From a virus (lineage: Duplodnaviria > Caudoviricetes), in the IMG/VR virus record IMGVR_UViG_3300021387_001464, positions 47,679 through 111,678 of that record: a stretch of DNA of 64,000 nucleotides; one strand, written 5' to 3'. A program made the translations under genes and the position numbers. Shown piece by piece: positions 27,001-39,200 of this stretch. Under the pieces are notes generated by a model. The model was not told where the DNA came from. It saw only the letters and a list, made by a program, of their open reading frames with translations, and did no database searches. How positions within the stretch are numbered: position 1 is the first letter of the stretch; each line of letters opens with the position of its first letter.

Positions 27001-28856
27001 GTCGTCTGCAGAAGTTTGACGGCTCAAAGGCAGTGTATGACCTGAATGCCGGTTCGTTTACGCAGGCCATGCTGAAGAACGCCGCCCAGAACGAGCTGAA
27101 CATCCAGCGCCGACAGGCTGCCGTACAGACGGAGATTGACAAGCTACTGTTGCAGTATCGGTATGTGGAACAGGCACAGCGCGACTTCGGCGACAAGTTG
27201 GTCAAGATGGGACTCATCACCGACGGCTATCAGAAGGTGGTGCAGCAGCTGGCTGACGGCACGGAGATTGTTGCCAACACCAACGATGTGCAGGGCTTTG
27301 CCAACAAGGTGGTGGGACTGGGCAGCTCGCTCTACGCCGTCAATCCAGAGAGCACCGACCAGTTGAAGCAGTTGATGCAGACCACCATGACCACCAATGG
27401 CACGGACAAAGAGTCGTTCGCCGCTATCTTCCCCAACTACGACAAGTGGATGGAGCAGCCCGAGAAGTATAAGGAGCAGATGCAGGCTATGTATGAATTG
27501 ATGATTCAGTACGAGGGCATCTACTACGACAAGCTGAAACAGCGCGACGACTTGCAGAACAAGCGCCTCGGCTCGTGGTGGAACCACTCCGACCAGAAGA
27601 AGGAGAACGACCAGAAACTGCGCGACATCCAGCTCTACGACTTCCAGTATAACACGATGCACGAGGGCGAGACGATGGGCTTTATGATGGGACTGACCAA
27701 CGACCTCACCCACGACCCGGAGGTGATCCACGAACAAGCCGTACTGGAACAGAAGATTGCCATTTGGAAGAAGGCCAAAGAAGAGCGTGAGGCAGATCTT
27801 ATCTCCGAGCAGGTCTATCAGGATAAGTTGCGTGACATGCAGGATCAGACAATGGCCTACTCGCAGAAGGTGATGGAAAACCTTAATAAACGTATCTCGC
27901 GCATCCAGAATTTCGTCAAGCCCGTCGAGACCGCTGCCAACACCATCGGTAAGAAGTTGGGCGACATGATATTCAACATGCAGTCGGAGGAATCCACGTG
28001 GGAACAGATTTGGAAGAACATGGCACTGGCTATGGCTGAGTCGCTGCTGACGATGGTTGGTCAGTACGCGCAATACCAGATACAAAAGGCCGCCATCAAC
28101 AAGTCCGAAGTGCTCGACGAAGCCGCCAAGGCACAAGCCATCACCATGCTCGGCATCAGCAGTGGTGCTGCCAAGACCATCGGTACCTTGGGTTGGTGGG
28201 GTATCGCCCTCATCCCCGTCATCACGTCGCTCCTGATGGGCTTGCTGACATCGGCACTATCGACGGCCAGCGAAAGCAGTAACGACACATCGTCATCCAC
28301 CGCCGCCACCAAGAATACCAAACTCGTCAGCGGTATGCTGACCTACGATAAGGGTAATGTGCAGCGGTTCATCGGTCAGGACGGCAAGGTATATACCGCC
28401 ACTGCCGAGCCTGCACCGAAGGACGGACTCATTACGCACCCCATCGCCACCACCGTGCAGGGTCAGCCCGCACTCGTGGCAGAGAACGGTCCCGAAATCG
28501 TCATTGGCCGCGAAACCACCAAGGCCATTATGATGAACGAGCCCGAACTCATCCGCTACCTCGCCAACTATCAGAAGCACGGCGGTCGTCGCCTGTTCGA
28601 CAGAGGGAATGCTGATGCGGCGCTTCGTAATAACGATATATCGACATATCGAGATAACGACACAAACGACGCCGCCACCGAGCGTCAGGCGCTCATCAAC
28701 CGCCTTGACCGCAGCGACGCACTGATGGAACAGGTGCTCTACTACCTCCAGAACCCCATCGCCCCCGAAATCGCCATGTACGACACGGGCGGCAAGAAGG
28801 GCTTGCGCTCGAAGATGAAGGAAGCCGACCGCTTCATGTCCCGCTACGACGGGTGA
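24093..28856 (+). CDS. tail tape measure protein
   Basis: 1587 aa, helical/Ala-rich; TP901-type FSDSMANVRKVSGL core; hydrophobic segments; C-terminal LVAENGPEIVI. Confidence 0.9.
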   Translation: MASKKSELVLTCNATALKDVMNFLNKQLDDLIRKRDRLNAKGVQNWTAQDKKNFKQWGDDIAAINSAMQKNRDEMVKYGQVMKDLAGAKTKDLKRALGEVKRALDNMSARDPGRAQLEADLKKIQRQIDANTVSVKKNQSAWGALGTTMKNLFAYAGIFAGFNLLKSKLDEAYEANKRFSDSMANVRKVSGLTMDEIGKLANNLSKIDSRTGLGGLMELGYTGAKLGFGNYGIEGLESFAKSAVKVQNALSEDMGADAMTALSKMVEVMGLIPKMGVERAMDATGSAIFKLASTSTATGTNIVEFSKRLMGLANIAHISTQDLLAFGSAADSMALMPEVAATAFNKLITAVQKQPNLIENALHIEKGTISDLYQTGHMTEALVTIFEKMREKGGMNALMQSGVFKDLGSDGARLVAVMATMANRVDMLNAHLAVSRQAFEEGTAVAQEYAIQMDTAAAYSERAANIWEKAFVNPEGVDTVKEFTKAWYEVSKALTSNKVAMAEVKFLLGGILELLKGILYFLPALLSGLAVLGAGRMFVALRSALEMTRLSAVGLSLSLNGIKTAWTALSAVGKANWIGAAATALFMIIEAFGMFNKKVQEATGYMKGFKKDLGDLNVEYGKAESELRRYRRAIDEANSGSKQRLATINTFNSKFKPYLSNLLTEKSTALDVAKAYNEVTKAIRAKLAMQLKEKDIEKYVAPREQWAAERRQEYEKRANEAGKGQYGSTWITGYAQDNRNKTIDTMVRDIGKQYYNLPQQIIDEVSKQAAAGNTSFNNYGNIINSRYLKDANALLAASSYLRQERSAENALRYTNKKWGPEQKLIDDLTTQQDEPIEPLVPAPDKDAERALTKAQREEKKHLKDQMEEAEKDSTAVINAIEEFYRLQESAVEQLVADGKMTREEADRALNYVKNRKDLMLMNARRAIAGKDSDFESLRKTMGQDMLRPDDQNSQRAMNTVQTIDVAEAARRLQKFDGSKAVYDLNAGSFTQAMLKNAAQNELNIQRRQAAVQTEIDKLLLQYRYVEQAQRDFGDKLVKMGLITDGYQKVVQQLADGTEIVANTNDVQGFANKVVGLGSSLYAVNPESTDQLKQLMQTTMTTNGTDKESFAAIFPNYDKWMEQPEKYKEQMQAMYELMIQYEGIYYDKLKQRDDLQNKRLGSWWNHSDQKKENDQKLRDIQLYDFQYNTMHEGETMGFMMGLTNDLTHDPEVIHEQAVLEQKIAIWKKAKEEREADLISEQVYQDKLRDMQDQTMAYSQKVMENLNKRISRIQNFVKPVETAANTIGKKLGDMIFNMQSEESTWEQIWKNMALAMAESLLTMVGQYAQYQIQKAAINKSEVLDEAAKAQAITMLGISSGAAKTIGTLGWWGIALIPVITSLLMGLLTSALSTASESSNDTSSSTAATKNTKLVSGMLTYDKGNVQRFIGQDGKVYTATAEPAPKDGLITHPIATTVQGQPALVAENGPEIVIGRETTKAIMMNEPELIRYLANYQKHGGRRLFDRGNADAALRNNDISTYRDNDTNDAATERQALINRLDRSDALMEQVLYYLQNPIAPEIAMYDTGGKKGLRSKMKEADRFMSRYDG

Positions 28857-28976
28857 TGTGTGATGGATGATGTCTGATGTCTGATGTAAGATGTAAGATG
28901 GATGGTGTAAGACAACTTTTCGCTTTTCACTTTTCACTTTTCACTTAAAAAGATATACACTGCACCGACAAAGCAA

Positions 28977-29011
28977 TGTCCGTCCACTTGGCCGGGCATT
29001 GTTTAATTTTG
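28977..29011 (+). promoter_or_regulatory. phage-type promoter TGTCCG-N21-TAATTTTG
   Basis: exact 21-nt spacer. Confidence 0.75.
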
Positions 29012-29035
29012 TAGTAGCAACAAAACGAAATCAGC

Positions 29036-32000
29036 ATGGATTACATAGCACAACCGAAAGACTACTGGATAGCACCGAACGCTATCAATATTACCCTGAA
29101 TGCACTCGGCAATCCCAACCGCACACAAGGCTCTGTGGCCAGCGGAGCCGTCGTTCTTTGTTACATAGAGGGTGTTGACGGACTGGGTTATAATAACGGA
29201 CACCGCTTCAGGACGTGGCCGCTGACCATCAGTCCGACGTACTTCAATACCGACACCGAGAAGTATGTCTATGCGGCTATTCCTCGTGCATCGTCTGGAA
29301 GCACACAGGCAATAATAGTGTTCCCCAGCGAGCAGTTAGATATCTACGGTCGTAATGCAGCAGATGAGCAGGTGGGTAGCCTGGATTACTATTATATATG
29401 GTTGCAGGGTATCATTACCGCTACCGACGGCACGACCGACCGTGAGTGGCGGCAACGTATAAACTTCGGACAGAAGGGTACTGACGAGGACTTATACGAT
29501 AACAGCACGTCTGACTGGTATCAATATTCTAAGGCGAGCGAGGAAGTGACGTTCCTGAAGAATATCATTATGAAGGCGGGCACTACGTTCCGCAACCTGA
29601 TACTCGGCTACAAGGAACTGACGGGTGTCGCCACATCGGAAACCCTCTACACTGATAGCGACGTGCTGGTGGCCACTCCTGGCTATGTGGAGAACCAGTA
29701 TCTGAGCAAGACGCACGAGGACACGGCTGCCGCCAAGATTACTTTCCAGGAAGGTCTCAATGCTAAGCATATCAGAGTGACAGGTAGTAACGGCACGACA
29801 CCCGACGCAGACAATATCACTCAAAAGGAAGTCGGTCTTGAAGTCGAGCAGAGTGGCGTCATCGGTGGCATATTCCGTGTTGCTAAAAGCATTCTGACTA
29901 AGACGGTACAAAGCCTTAACTTCTCGGGCGGCGACTCGCTGACCGGCACTGGCTGGCAACTGACCGACAACTACGGGAATGGTCGCTCACGGCTGGTGGT
30001 TGACGATGCCGTTTTCCGTGGAAAGGTGACGCTGAACGAACTGGAGGTGCGTAAACTGATGGCGATGGGTGGCAACTATGTATTTTCGCCTGCCGCCAGT
30101 GTCATCGAGCAGGTAGATTACTACGGCTACATCCTGACACCCGGCGAGCAGGAGTATACGGTAGGACTTCTTGGATATGAGTATGTCAAGGTGCCGTGGG
30201 TGCTACGTTTGATACCGCTCTCCCTTCGCGGACGCTATCTTTCTAAGAAAAAATGGGTGCGCTCAACGATGAGCCAGGAGGACTACTCCCGTGTGGTATT
30301 CTATCGCTGCTGGCTGAAGGCTGATGACGGCAGCACGCAGACTATCAACACGTGGAAAGAGGGTATGCTTGCACGCTGCCAGACATTCGACACCTCACAG
30401 ATAGAGAATGGCGACCATTCGGGTAAGTACGACTCCCCCGACTCTGGGTTGCACGGGAAAGACGTCACCAACAAACTCTACTGGCGTGCTGTTACCGCTA
30501 CTGCACAGGGTGTTGATAAGGATAGCTACCAAGGGAAGAGTGCTGTCCTTGATGACGGACGGAAGCATAACTATATAGATCTCTCTAACACCTGGCAAGA
30601 CGGTGTGCAACTCTATCTTAGCGGTAGCGACCATGTGTCTGCCGGCGATCACATCGTGTGCTATGGTGACTGGAAGGACGCGAACCTTTCACATTTCGTC
30701 ACTATCGAGACGATTGGCGGCGATGCTCCAGCCGTCAAGGAGTTCCGTGGCGTTGGCTATACGGACGGAACGAGTATCGACTGGTCACTCGACAATAAGT
30801 GCAAGACAAAAATCAGTCCTGTAGCAGGCAACGATTTCTATGCCCCTCACTTCTACGTCGAAACGGAAGACTCCGTGCGTGACGTTGCTACGTTTATGGT
30901 GAGCACCGACGGCATCATAGCAGAGGTAAAAGGAGTGCAGAGTAATGGTAAGAACCTGCTGTCTGGAGTAATGACAGGCAACGGATGGAAGAGTGGAACC
31001 GTAGCGGACGGCATCTTTGAGTATGACGACGATGCTGATTTCGACAGTAATGGTGAGTGGATATCTCCCGCTGAAGGAGATACGCTTATTGTGTCGCCCG
31101 AAATCGTTATCACCAAGCGGCATATATATACTGTATCTGCTTATATCGAGGGAACGCAGACTATTCGTGTGGCAATAATATTACTGGGTCAAACGCCCGA
31201 ACTAAGAAATATCACCGGCACAGGAAGAGTATATGTTACCACAGAGCTCACCGCTGGCACATATCGTATTGTTATCGAAGCATCAAAAATCCGTCATGCG
31301 CAGGTTGAACTTGCTGACGGCTGGAACTTTGCTCCAACTGCTTTTGAAACTTCCAGTACGGAAGTGTCATCGAGGATTAAGCAGACGGCAGACGAGATAA
31401 ACATCAGTATTACTCAGGGTTTACAGCGTACTGGTGTCGATATTACGCAAGGGCTTATCAACCTCATTGCTAATAAGACGTTGTTTGGAACAAGTGACGG
31501 CACTCCGATGATTGCCGTGCAGATGTGCGACTCTGATGGTAATGTATGGGATGGCAACCCCTCAACAAAATCCCGATACACAATTCCGTCTATCGTGTTC
31601 TATAATGGAGAAATAGGTCAGACGGATGTAGAGGCACAGTGGGTGCTCAACTATCTTGGTTTTATCCGTGCCACAAACGCAGGAGTGCCGTATTCGTTTA
31701 CGAGTGTAGATAATGTTATATGCTTTGAAGCGCCGACAGGAGAAAAAATAACCCATATCGGAGAGGATTCTGAATATGAAATGGATAGCGAAAACATGGC
31801 GCTTATGTTTTTCTATTCATCAAGAATTGTCTATGAGCGGATGTTTCTCTTTAACTGCGGATATTATATCAACGACAGTGGCGTAAAGATATATCAGCCT
31901 ACAAATGGCAAAAACTACGAAATGTATAACGATATGCCAGGCTTACGTCGCTATTGGCTGACGAGGAATGTCAATAATGTATTTGTTCCAGACCTGACTA

Positions 32001-32419
32001 CAAACGCCACCGCAAAGGGGTATTACTGTGTAGTAGCAGAAGGAAATTACGAAGGTAAATGGCCGGATGGAGACCAGTGGCATACCGTATCATCGAATAC
32101 GAATAGGGCAGGAGTAAATGTCGATCCGCCTATAGACCCGATACGGACAGTGGAAAATGCTATTATGTTCCATCTTGTCTATTTCGACGAGACGAGCTTT
32201 TCTGAATCTGGTCCTGCTGGCTTGATGGAAAGATACGAATATGCTTTCGTGTTATTCTATGAAGGTTGGGTACAAGGTGTGCGGTCAGGAATAGACAGAA
32301 CGTGTATTGCAGCAATTGGTGGTAGTAGTTCTTCTGAAAACAATCCGACCTTCTACAACAATACAAACCCTGACGGCATCTGTACCATTCAGAAGATTAT
32401 CGACAAATATAACGAATAG
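29036..32419 (+). CDS. tail/host-specificity protein
   Basis: 1127 aa; YLSKTHEDTA..KITF, GWQL..RL.VD...RGK..LNELEVRK, SRIKQTADEI motifs; more AT-rich C-terminal part. Confidence 0.7.
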   Translation: MDYIAQPKDYWIAPNAINITLNALGNPNRTQGSVASGAVVLCYIEGVDGLGYNNGHRFRTWPLTISPTYFNTDTEKYVYAAIPRASSGSTQAIIVFPSEQLDIYGRNAADEQVGSLDYYYIWLQGIITATDGTTDREWRQRINFGQKGTDEDLYDNSTSDWYQYSKASEEVTFLKNIIMKAGTTFRNLILGYKELTGVATSETLYTDSDVLVATPGYVENQYLSKTHEDTAAAKITFQEGLNAKHIRVTGSNGTTPDADNITQKEVGLEVEQSGVIGGIFRVAKSILTKTVQSLNFSGGDSLTGTGWQLTDNYGNGRSRLVVDDAVFRGKVTLNELEVRKLMAMGGNYVFSPAASVIEQVDYYGYILTPGEQEYTVGLLGYEYVKVPWVLRLIPLSLRGRYLSKKKWVRSTMSQEDYSRVVFYRCWLKADDGSTQTINTWKEGMLARCQTFDTSQIENGDHSGKYDSPDSGLHGKDVTNKLYWRAVTATAQGVDKDSYQGKSAVLDDGRKHNYIDLSNTWQDGVQLYLSGSDHVSAGDHIVCYGDWKDANLSHFVTIETIGGDAPAVKEFRGVGYTDGTSIDWSLDNKCKTKISPVAGNDFYAPHFYVETEDSVRDVATFMVSTDGIIAEVKGVQSNGKNLLSGVMTGNGWKSGTVADGIFEYDDDADFDSNGEWISPAEGDTLIVSPEIVITKRHIYTVSAYIEGTQTIRVAIILLGQTPELRNITGTGRVYVTTELTAGTYRIVIEASKIRHAQVELADGWNFAPTAFETSSTEVSSRIKQTADEINISITQGLQRTGVDITQGLINLIANKTLFGTSDGTPMIAVQMCDSDGNVWDGNPSTKSRYTIPSIVFYNGEIGQTDVEAQWVLNYLGFIRATNAGVPYSFTSVDNVICFEAPTGEKITHIGEDSEYEMDSENMALMFFYSSRIVYERMFLFNCGYYINDSGVKIYQPTNGKNYEMYNDMPGLRRYWLTRNVNNVFVPDLTTNATAKGYYCVVAEGNYEGKWPDGDQWHTVSSNTNRAGVNVDPPIDPIRTVENAIMFHLVYFDETSFSESGPAGLMERYEYAFVLFYEGWVQGVRSGIDRTCIAAIGGSSSSENNPTFYNNTNPDGICTIQKIIDKYNE

Positions 32420-32449
32420 AGCTATAAAAAATACATAAAAGAATAAACT

Positions 32450-33082
32450 ATGACAGAATTTCCAACGACTACTGAAGAACTGGAGCAGTACATAAGCGAC
32501 TATATGGATGCTCATGTGGCCGAGCGTATCGGTGAAATCACGAACGAGGCAATAGCACAGGCCGTAAAAGAATATATGGAGGAGTACGGTGCAGCGCTGG
32601 AAGATAACGGTGACGGCGGTGCTGTTCCTCTGGTGGCAGACGACTACTTTATCCGAAACAACGGCGAGCACATGAACGATACCAGCGTTCCTATGGCCGC
32701 CAACTCTGCCGGCGTACCTGTCAGTTATTTTCAGGCGCGGCTTCGTGCTTTTGCCTTGGCGGCGGCAAGCCTTGTGAATGCAAGCGACATTGCCACACCT
32801 ATCGTCGAGCAGATAGAGACGGATGTAACCATCAACCCTAACGTGATGAATGTCTGGAGCACGGCGGTCGCGTCGCTGCAAGTGGCATTTGCTGCAGGCA
32901 CGGCAGGCCGTATCGCTCACTACATGATGCAGTTTATTGCGGACGAGGGTTTTACGCTGACGCTGCCTAACGGCATACTATGGATGAATGGCGAAGAGCC
33001 TGAATGGGTGACAGGTAGTGCGTACCAGGTGAGTGTAGAAAGTGGCTTGGCGATTGCCGCTGAGTTTCCTGTTAATTCATAA
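32450..33082 (+). CDS. tail-associated hypothetical protein
   Basis: C-terminal TLTLPNGILW...P......YQVSV motif common in Bacteroidetes phage tail-fibre regions. Confidence 0.55.
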   Translation: MTEFPTTTEELEQYISDYMDAHVAERIGEITNEAIAQAVKEYMEEYGAALEDNGDGGAVPLVADDYFIRNNGEHMNDTSVPMAANSAGVPVSYFQARLRAFALAAASLVNASDIATPIVEQIETDVTINPNVMNVWSTAVASLQVAFAAGTAGRIAHYMMQFIADEGFTLTLPNGILWMNGEEPEWVTGSAYQVSVESGLAIAAEFPVNS

Positions 33083-33087
33083 TAGCA

Positions 33088-33192
33088 ATGGATAATTTCA
33101 GAAGAAGGCTGATGATGGCCGCACAGGCCGTCAAGGAGATATGGGACGCATGGTTCCGCTCGGAAGGATGGTTTCACTCCGAGGGATGGTAG
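33088..33192 (+). CDS. 34-aa micro-protein
   Basis: MDNFRRRLMMAAQAVKEIWDAWFRSEGWFHSEGW; translated by hand. Confidence 0.45.
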   Translation: MDNFRRRLMMAAQAVKEIWDAWFRSEGWFHSEGW

Positions 33193-33229
33193 TGGTTAGT
33201 TGATAGTTTAGAGTTTAAAGTTTATAGAT

Positions 33230-36200
33230 ATGGCAAGAACAAAGAAAATAGTCATTGAAGGTCAGAACCTTCTGACGAATATCACCCAGCCTTGGGGTGG
33301 AGTGAATAACGGCGAGAGTGTAATAACAGTCTATGGCACGCAAGTGCCTCCAGGTTATGAGTGGGGTGTGAACCGAGGCGAGATAGAGCGGTTTATGAAG
33401 GAGCAATATGGAACGAAGTTTGGTGACTTCCGTACCACTGATCCTGATGCGAACAACTTCATCCATCTGCTCTGCTTTGCTACCAAGGCAGACGCGGCGG
33501 CGTGGGACGAAGACCCGGAGGGCGCTGCAGAGTTGATAGTGAAAGACCTGACTATCCCCATCTCTACGGCGAGCGTGGATAGCTATGTCGCCACACTATC
33601 GACCAATCGCAGTACCAGCATCCAGTATCTGATGAAGGACGGCGACGACTTCTATATTCCACTGCGTCTGAACGCCACGCATATCATTGCCGCTACCTCG
33701 ACGCAAGAGCCGATGTCCGGCAATGGTACGCTGATAGTGGAACGTAGCAACAACGGCACGGACTGGACACAGGTGCGCAGCAGTACGATGGCGGCCAGCA
33801 GTGAGCAGACAGGCTATCCGATGACTATCAATATGAAGGGATTGCTTGTTGACGGCAACCTGAACTATATCCGTCTGCGTGCTACCTTCCCCTATACCGA
33901 CACAGAGGGGCAGGCAAAGGTGATGGGTACAACGCCTATCGTATTGCAAGTAAATAGTGTGTCGCTGACCGTCGAAATGACTACACCCTGGCATGAGCCG
34001 CAGGTTGATCCGTCGGCGCTATCACTGGCGTACAATATCCGTGGAAACATTAACAGAGTGCTGCATCTGAAGGTAACGGGCTCAGCGGGTACTTACGAGA
34101 CGTCACAGACCGTCACTGCCGCACAGACGCAGGCTACCTTCTCGCTGGTAGAAATGTCAGCCTACGGACTGCTGACGCACGGCATTAAGACCTGTGAGGC
34201 ATGGCTGACGGCAGGTGACGAGACGTCTGGAGAGCTGGAGAGCGAGCATCTGATTAACCGAATCATGGTGGTGCGGACGTCGGCAGGTGAAGAGGTGTAT
34301 ATGCAGCCGAAGTTGCTCATCTCTGAAATGAAGAGCGAGGTGGAAAACTTCGTGCAGACCCGCTTGCTGGCCTACGCCATCTACTCGCCGACCAAGAACA
34401 GCGAGGGTGACATCGTGAACAACGGTCCTGCCATCCCTACTACGTTCATTCTGACTAACTCTGCTAACAGTATTATATCGTCTCAGCAGAACCGCTACGC
34501 CTCGGTGCTCGTCACGCCACAGCCAGGACAGCGCTACTATCTCGACCTGACGGTGGAGATTGAGCAGGACGGCGACACATTAGCATCGTTCCTGCACGCT
34601 ACCCGCGAGGTGAACGGCGTGGCGCGTGACTTCTTGTTGGAGTCTATCGGCAGCGGCAGTATCTACCTGCGTGTCGATAACACGGGCGGCTTCCAGCCTA
34701 CAGCAGGCTCCACGTTCCTGCTAAACCCCAAGCAACGCAACAACGAGGAAGCTAACCCGATGACCATTCTCAATGCCAAGGCCAACAATGCAGTCATAGA
34801 CAGTGAGTGGCAGAACTTCCGCTTAGGTAACGAGGACGGCTATATCAAGGATGAGAACGGCGAGTCGTGCCTGCGTATTCCTGCCGGCCGCAAGCTCTTC
34901 ATTCGTTACAATCCGCTCGCACTACTCTACCGTTCACCAAACGCTTCGCTGACGATGGAGTTCGACGTGGCTATCCGCAACATCACCAACGAAGATGATC
35001 CTATCCTGAAACTCGCCGAGCAGGTGAGTGGCGTGTGGCGCGGTCTGCGCCTGTTGCCGATGACGGGTTTCTTCACCACTGAGTCATGGAATGCCGACGA
35101 AGAGAGTGATTTCCGTTGGAGCGAGGATGAGCGTACACATATTGCTGTCAATATTGTCAACGCTGTCTATCCCAATGCGCACGGCGATGCGCTGGTGACA
35201 GCCGAGAAGGAGGCACAGGGTCGCGGCTCTATGTCGCTGGTTCGCATCTTTATAAATGGCATCATCAAGCGCGAACTGGTATATACCCCGTCGGCTACAG
35301 AGTTCTGCACGGGCTCAATGAGTAATGGCGGATTCGAGATTGGTCAGAATGGTGCCGACATAGACATCTATGGTATGCGATTCTTCGAGGGTGTAGCCCT
35401 CGACTCAGAAAATGTCAAGCAAGACTGGCTTTCGACAATACCAGACAGCGACAAAAAAAGAAGAATTAAGGCCGAAAATGATATTATCGACCCGAACACT
35501 GGCCTGATAGGTCTCGACTATATTGCCGGCAATGGTAATATAGTAGGTCTTCGTCGTAACTGGCTCATCTGGCATGGAAATGAGCCGTATCACGACAATG
35601 TTCACAAGAACGAAACAGGCTGGATTGAGTGGGCTCGGTATGACAATGACGGCAACTATCTGCCAGAATATTCAGGTACATTTTGCAAAGAAACAAAGAG
35701 TGTCCCACAAAAGCCACAGGGTACAACAGCCAAGACTTACTACTACTACAATGATCAGTGGGATTGCGGCAAGGCAACTGGCATCATCACCATTGACATC
35801 ACCATGTTGCACAGCAGTATCACGGCTGAGTGGGATGCTAACTACGAATGGCTGGACGGTGACAAACAGCCAACGGGCGAGGTTGGTGCATGGATGATGA
35901 AGGGTGGTTACTTAGGTAAGAATTTCCCGCTGCCTACGGAGTCAGCCCTTCCGTATCACGGTACACCGACCACCGTCACCGTACCCGACGGCTGGATCGA
36001 CGGCAATGGCAAGTATCGTGGTGTTGGCGTACAGATAGCCGAGGGAATTCCGATGGCACAGAAAACTGTCAACAAGATTAACTATGCCTCCAGCATGCAG
36101 TCGCACCTGATTGGCATCAACTGGCTCTACAATGAACTGCATACACGTATCTGCGGTAAGAACACCATGCAGCTGGCAGTCGATGGCGCAATGGTGGCCA

Positions 36201-39200
36201 AGCGCACCGAGCCGTTCCTGTTCTTCACACAGGCAGAAGGCGCACAGCGGGCAGTATTCCGTGGTCCTTCCGCATGGGGAGCAGGTAAGATGGACAAACC
36301 ATCGTGGGGCTATGTGAAGTCAGCACATTCCGACTTCTGCATGATTGAGGGTGCTGATAACGACAAGCAGCTGACGGATATGCGTGTGCCCTGGGATGAT
36401 GAAGCGCACGGTGGCACCCCTGCCAAGGTTTACTATGATCCCGACGAGGAAGCCTTCTATTACCGCATAGCAGGTGGTGATGCTGAGAAGTGTATCGACT
36501 TCGACGCTGGCAAGACGGACGATGACGGCTATCCGAAGTCTAATATCGTAGGCTATATCAAGGCAGCATGGAACTTCCTGTATCTGCATGCTCCCCGCAT
36601 ACGTCACTACGAGGGGACGCTGGCAGAGTTCATGACAGACGCGGAGTGGGCACAGCGGCCTATCACCGCCGAAACCACAGAGGAAGAGCGTGAGCGCATC
36701 GAACTGGCCCGCAGCCGCGTGAACACCGCCAACAAGTATTGGTGTCACTCCGAAGGTGGCAGTGCTGCAGGTGACTATCTGCTGAAGCGTTATGACTTCG
36801 CGGATGGTGAGTGGGTGGATGCTGGACTTTGGAATGGTACGCAGTACGCCCAGATAGACCTCCGCACCTACAGCATGACGGCAGCGGCATGGAACGCGCT
36901 GACGGAGGCCGAGCGCAACCAGAGTGCCATCGTCAACAAGGCTTTCGTGGATGCTATCGTCGCCGACTGCCGAGCAAACATCGGCAACTACTTCAAGGTG
37001 TCGTCGCTGAAGTTCCACTACTGCTTCCAGAACCACTTTATCGCCGGAACGGATAACTGTTCAAAAAATACCTACTATGTACTCGACCCGTCAACGCATC
37101 TGTTCGAGATGCACCAGGACGATGTTGACACGACGCTGGCAACGGACAACAGCGGCTTGCAGTCGAAGCCGTACTACATTGACCGTATGCACCCGTATGG
37201 CGGTGCTAATGCCAAGCGTATCGCCATGACAGGTGATGTGGATAACGCCAACATCTTGTACGAGGGCTATTACAACGTCCTTTTCGACCTCTGTGAGCTG
37301 ATGTATGAGCCGACAGGAGAGCTGCAGGCCATGATGCACACCATCTTATCGGAGATGGCTTCGCTGACGGGCGGACTTGACAACGAGGAAACAACGGCCA
37401 TGAGTGGCGTATGGAAGGCATTGAACCGTTATCTGTTCAACATTCAGCGCTACTTCCCTGCCACCGTGTATAATGAGGCAGCACGCATCCGTTACGAGTT
37501 CCCCGAACTGATAGGTTTCCTGTCGGACATCCGTGCGGTACGTCCCATCAAGCAGTCGTTGGGCGACCAGTTGCAGGCTGAGCTTCAGTTTATGAAGCGC
37601 CGCCTTGTCTATATGGCGTCGTATGCTGCCTTTGGCGAGTTCACTCCTACCGGATTACGCAGCGGACTGACAGGACTGAGCGAGGCTACCGACTCGTTCG
37701 GTATGCAGAAGTTTGCCCTGCCTGGTTCTTCGTCTCCCTCTCCCTACGTCTTTAACCTCGTTCCGCACCAGTGGATATACCCGACGGGCGGACGTGAGAC
37801 GAACAACCTCATCGACCCTCATGAGCGTGTGGCTCCCGGCGACACCTTTGTGCTTGACATCAATCCAGGACAGGCTTCTGACCTCGGTGTGAATGTGTTC
37901 GGACTGAACTACTACCGCGAGCTGGGCAACGTAGGTGACATGGTAGCCAACAACGGACAGGCTAACTTTACACTGAACGGTCGCCGACTGGTGAAGTTCG
38001 AGGCTGTTCCAACAGTTTTCTATACTGATGCACAGCTGCCGGCCTTCCGTGTGAACAACATCATTATCGGCTCTGCTACACGCCTGAAGGAGTTCAACGT
38101 GAGAGGTGCGGTGATTGGTACTGGTACGCTGAACCTGTCATCGCTGACCCTTGCTGAGACAATAGACACGAGGAATACCAAGATTTCGCAAATCCGCCTG
38201 CCGGAAACATCGACACTAACAACGCTTCGTCTGCCTGCCACGCTGACGCAACTGTCGCTGACGGGACAGTCGGGACTGAGCACGCTCGACGTGCAGGGTG
38301 TCGATGTGATGACGCAGCTGACGATGACGGGCGTTCCCCTGCTGATGGGTGTGCGTTCGATGGTGCTCTGTGACGCCCTGCGCTCTGCCGACACGCGCCG
38401 CGAGAATACCACTACACTTATCCGACTGGCAGACATCGACTGGACGGAAGTGCAGGCTAACCTGATGAAATGGTTGATAGGTGTTGGTGATAACGGCACA
38501 TGTGACATCACGGGCAGCATCGTCATGTTCAACGGTGTCGGGGCTGCTACACTGTCATACGAAGAGGTGGCGAAGTTAATCACAAGATATGGCGACATAC
38601 GCTCGACCGACAATTCGCTGTACGTCAATTATCCGACTACCAATATTACGACCGACAGCATATCTATTGAAGGAAAGAAATATGTTGTTAATGCTGACAT
38701 TGAGACTGACAGTGAGGGCAACAGGTGGTGGAAACAACTTGGACTTTTGGTAAGCAGCGGTAACAACGTCGCTATCGTCACTACTCCTGACGGTCGCATC
38801 ATCCCCGATGTGCGATGGGAGTTTGTAGAACCCGATGCCGATACCTTTGCCGAGTTCCCTGATGAGTTCTCTTCATGGATTGTCATCAATAGCCTTGCAG
38901 CAAGACAGGTGCGTACCGTCCGTGTGACGCTGCATACCACTACGGGTGTCGATGTGACATGCGACAAGAAGGTAGGCTTTTGGAATCGCGTTCCAGAAGT
39001 GGGTGACTTTGCGTGGACCGACGGAACATTCGATAACGAAGATGACCAGTCCAAGAAGATGGCTGGCGTTGTAGTGATGCGTGAGGTGCTGGAACGTGAT
39101 GAAGAGGATAATATCATCGCCGCTAAGTTGTGGGTAGAAGGTACTCACAATATCGGTCTTCCTGCGAGCTATGTAGGTCGCGGCAGCGCTAACGTTCCGA

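Noticed and set aside
29036-33082. Second DGR target
   Set aside because: I saw no additional VR-like copy of the TR at the ends of other tail genes (by eye only; remote targets outside the window are not excluded).
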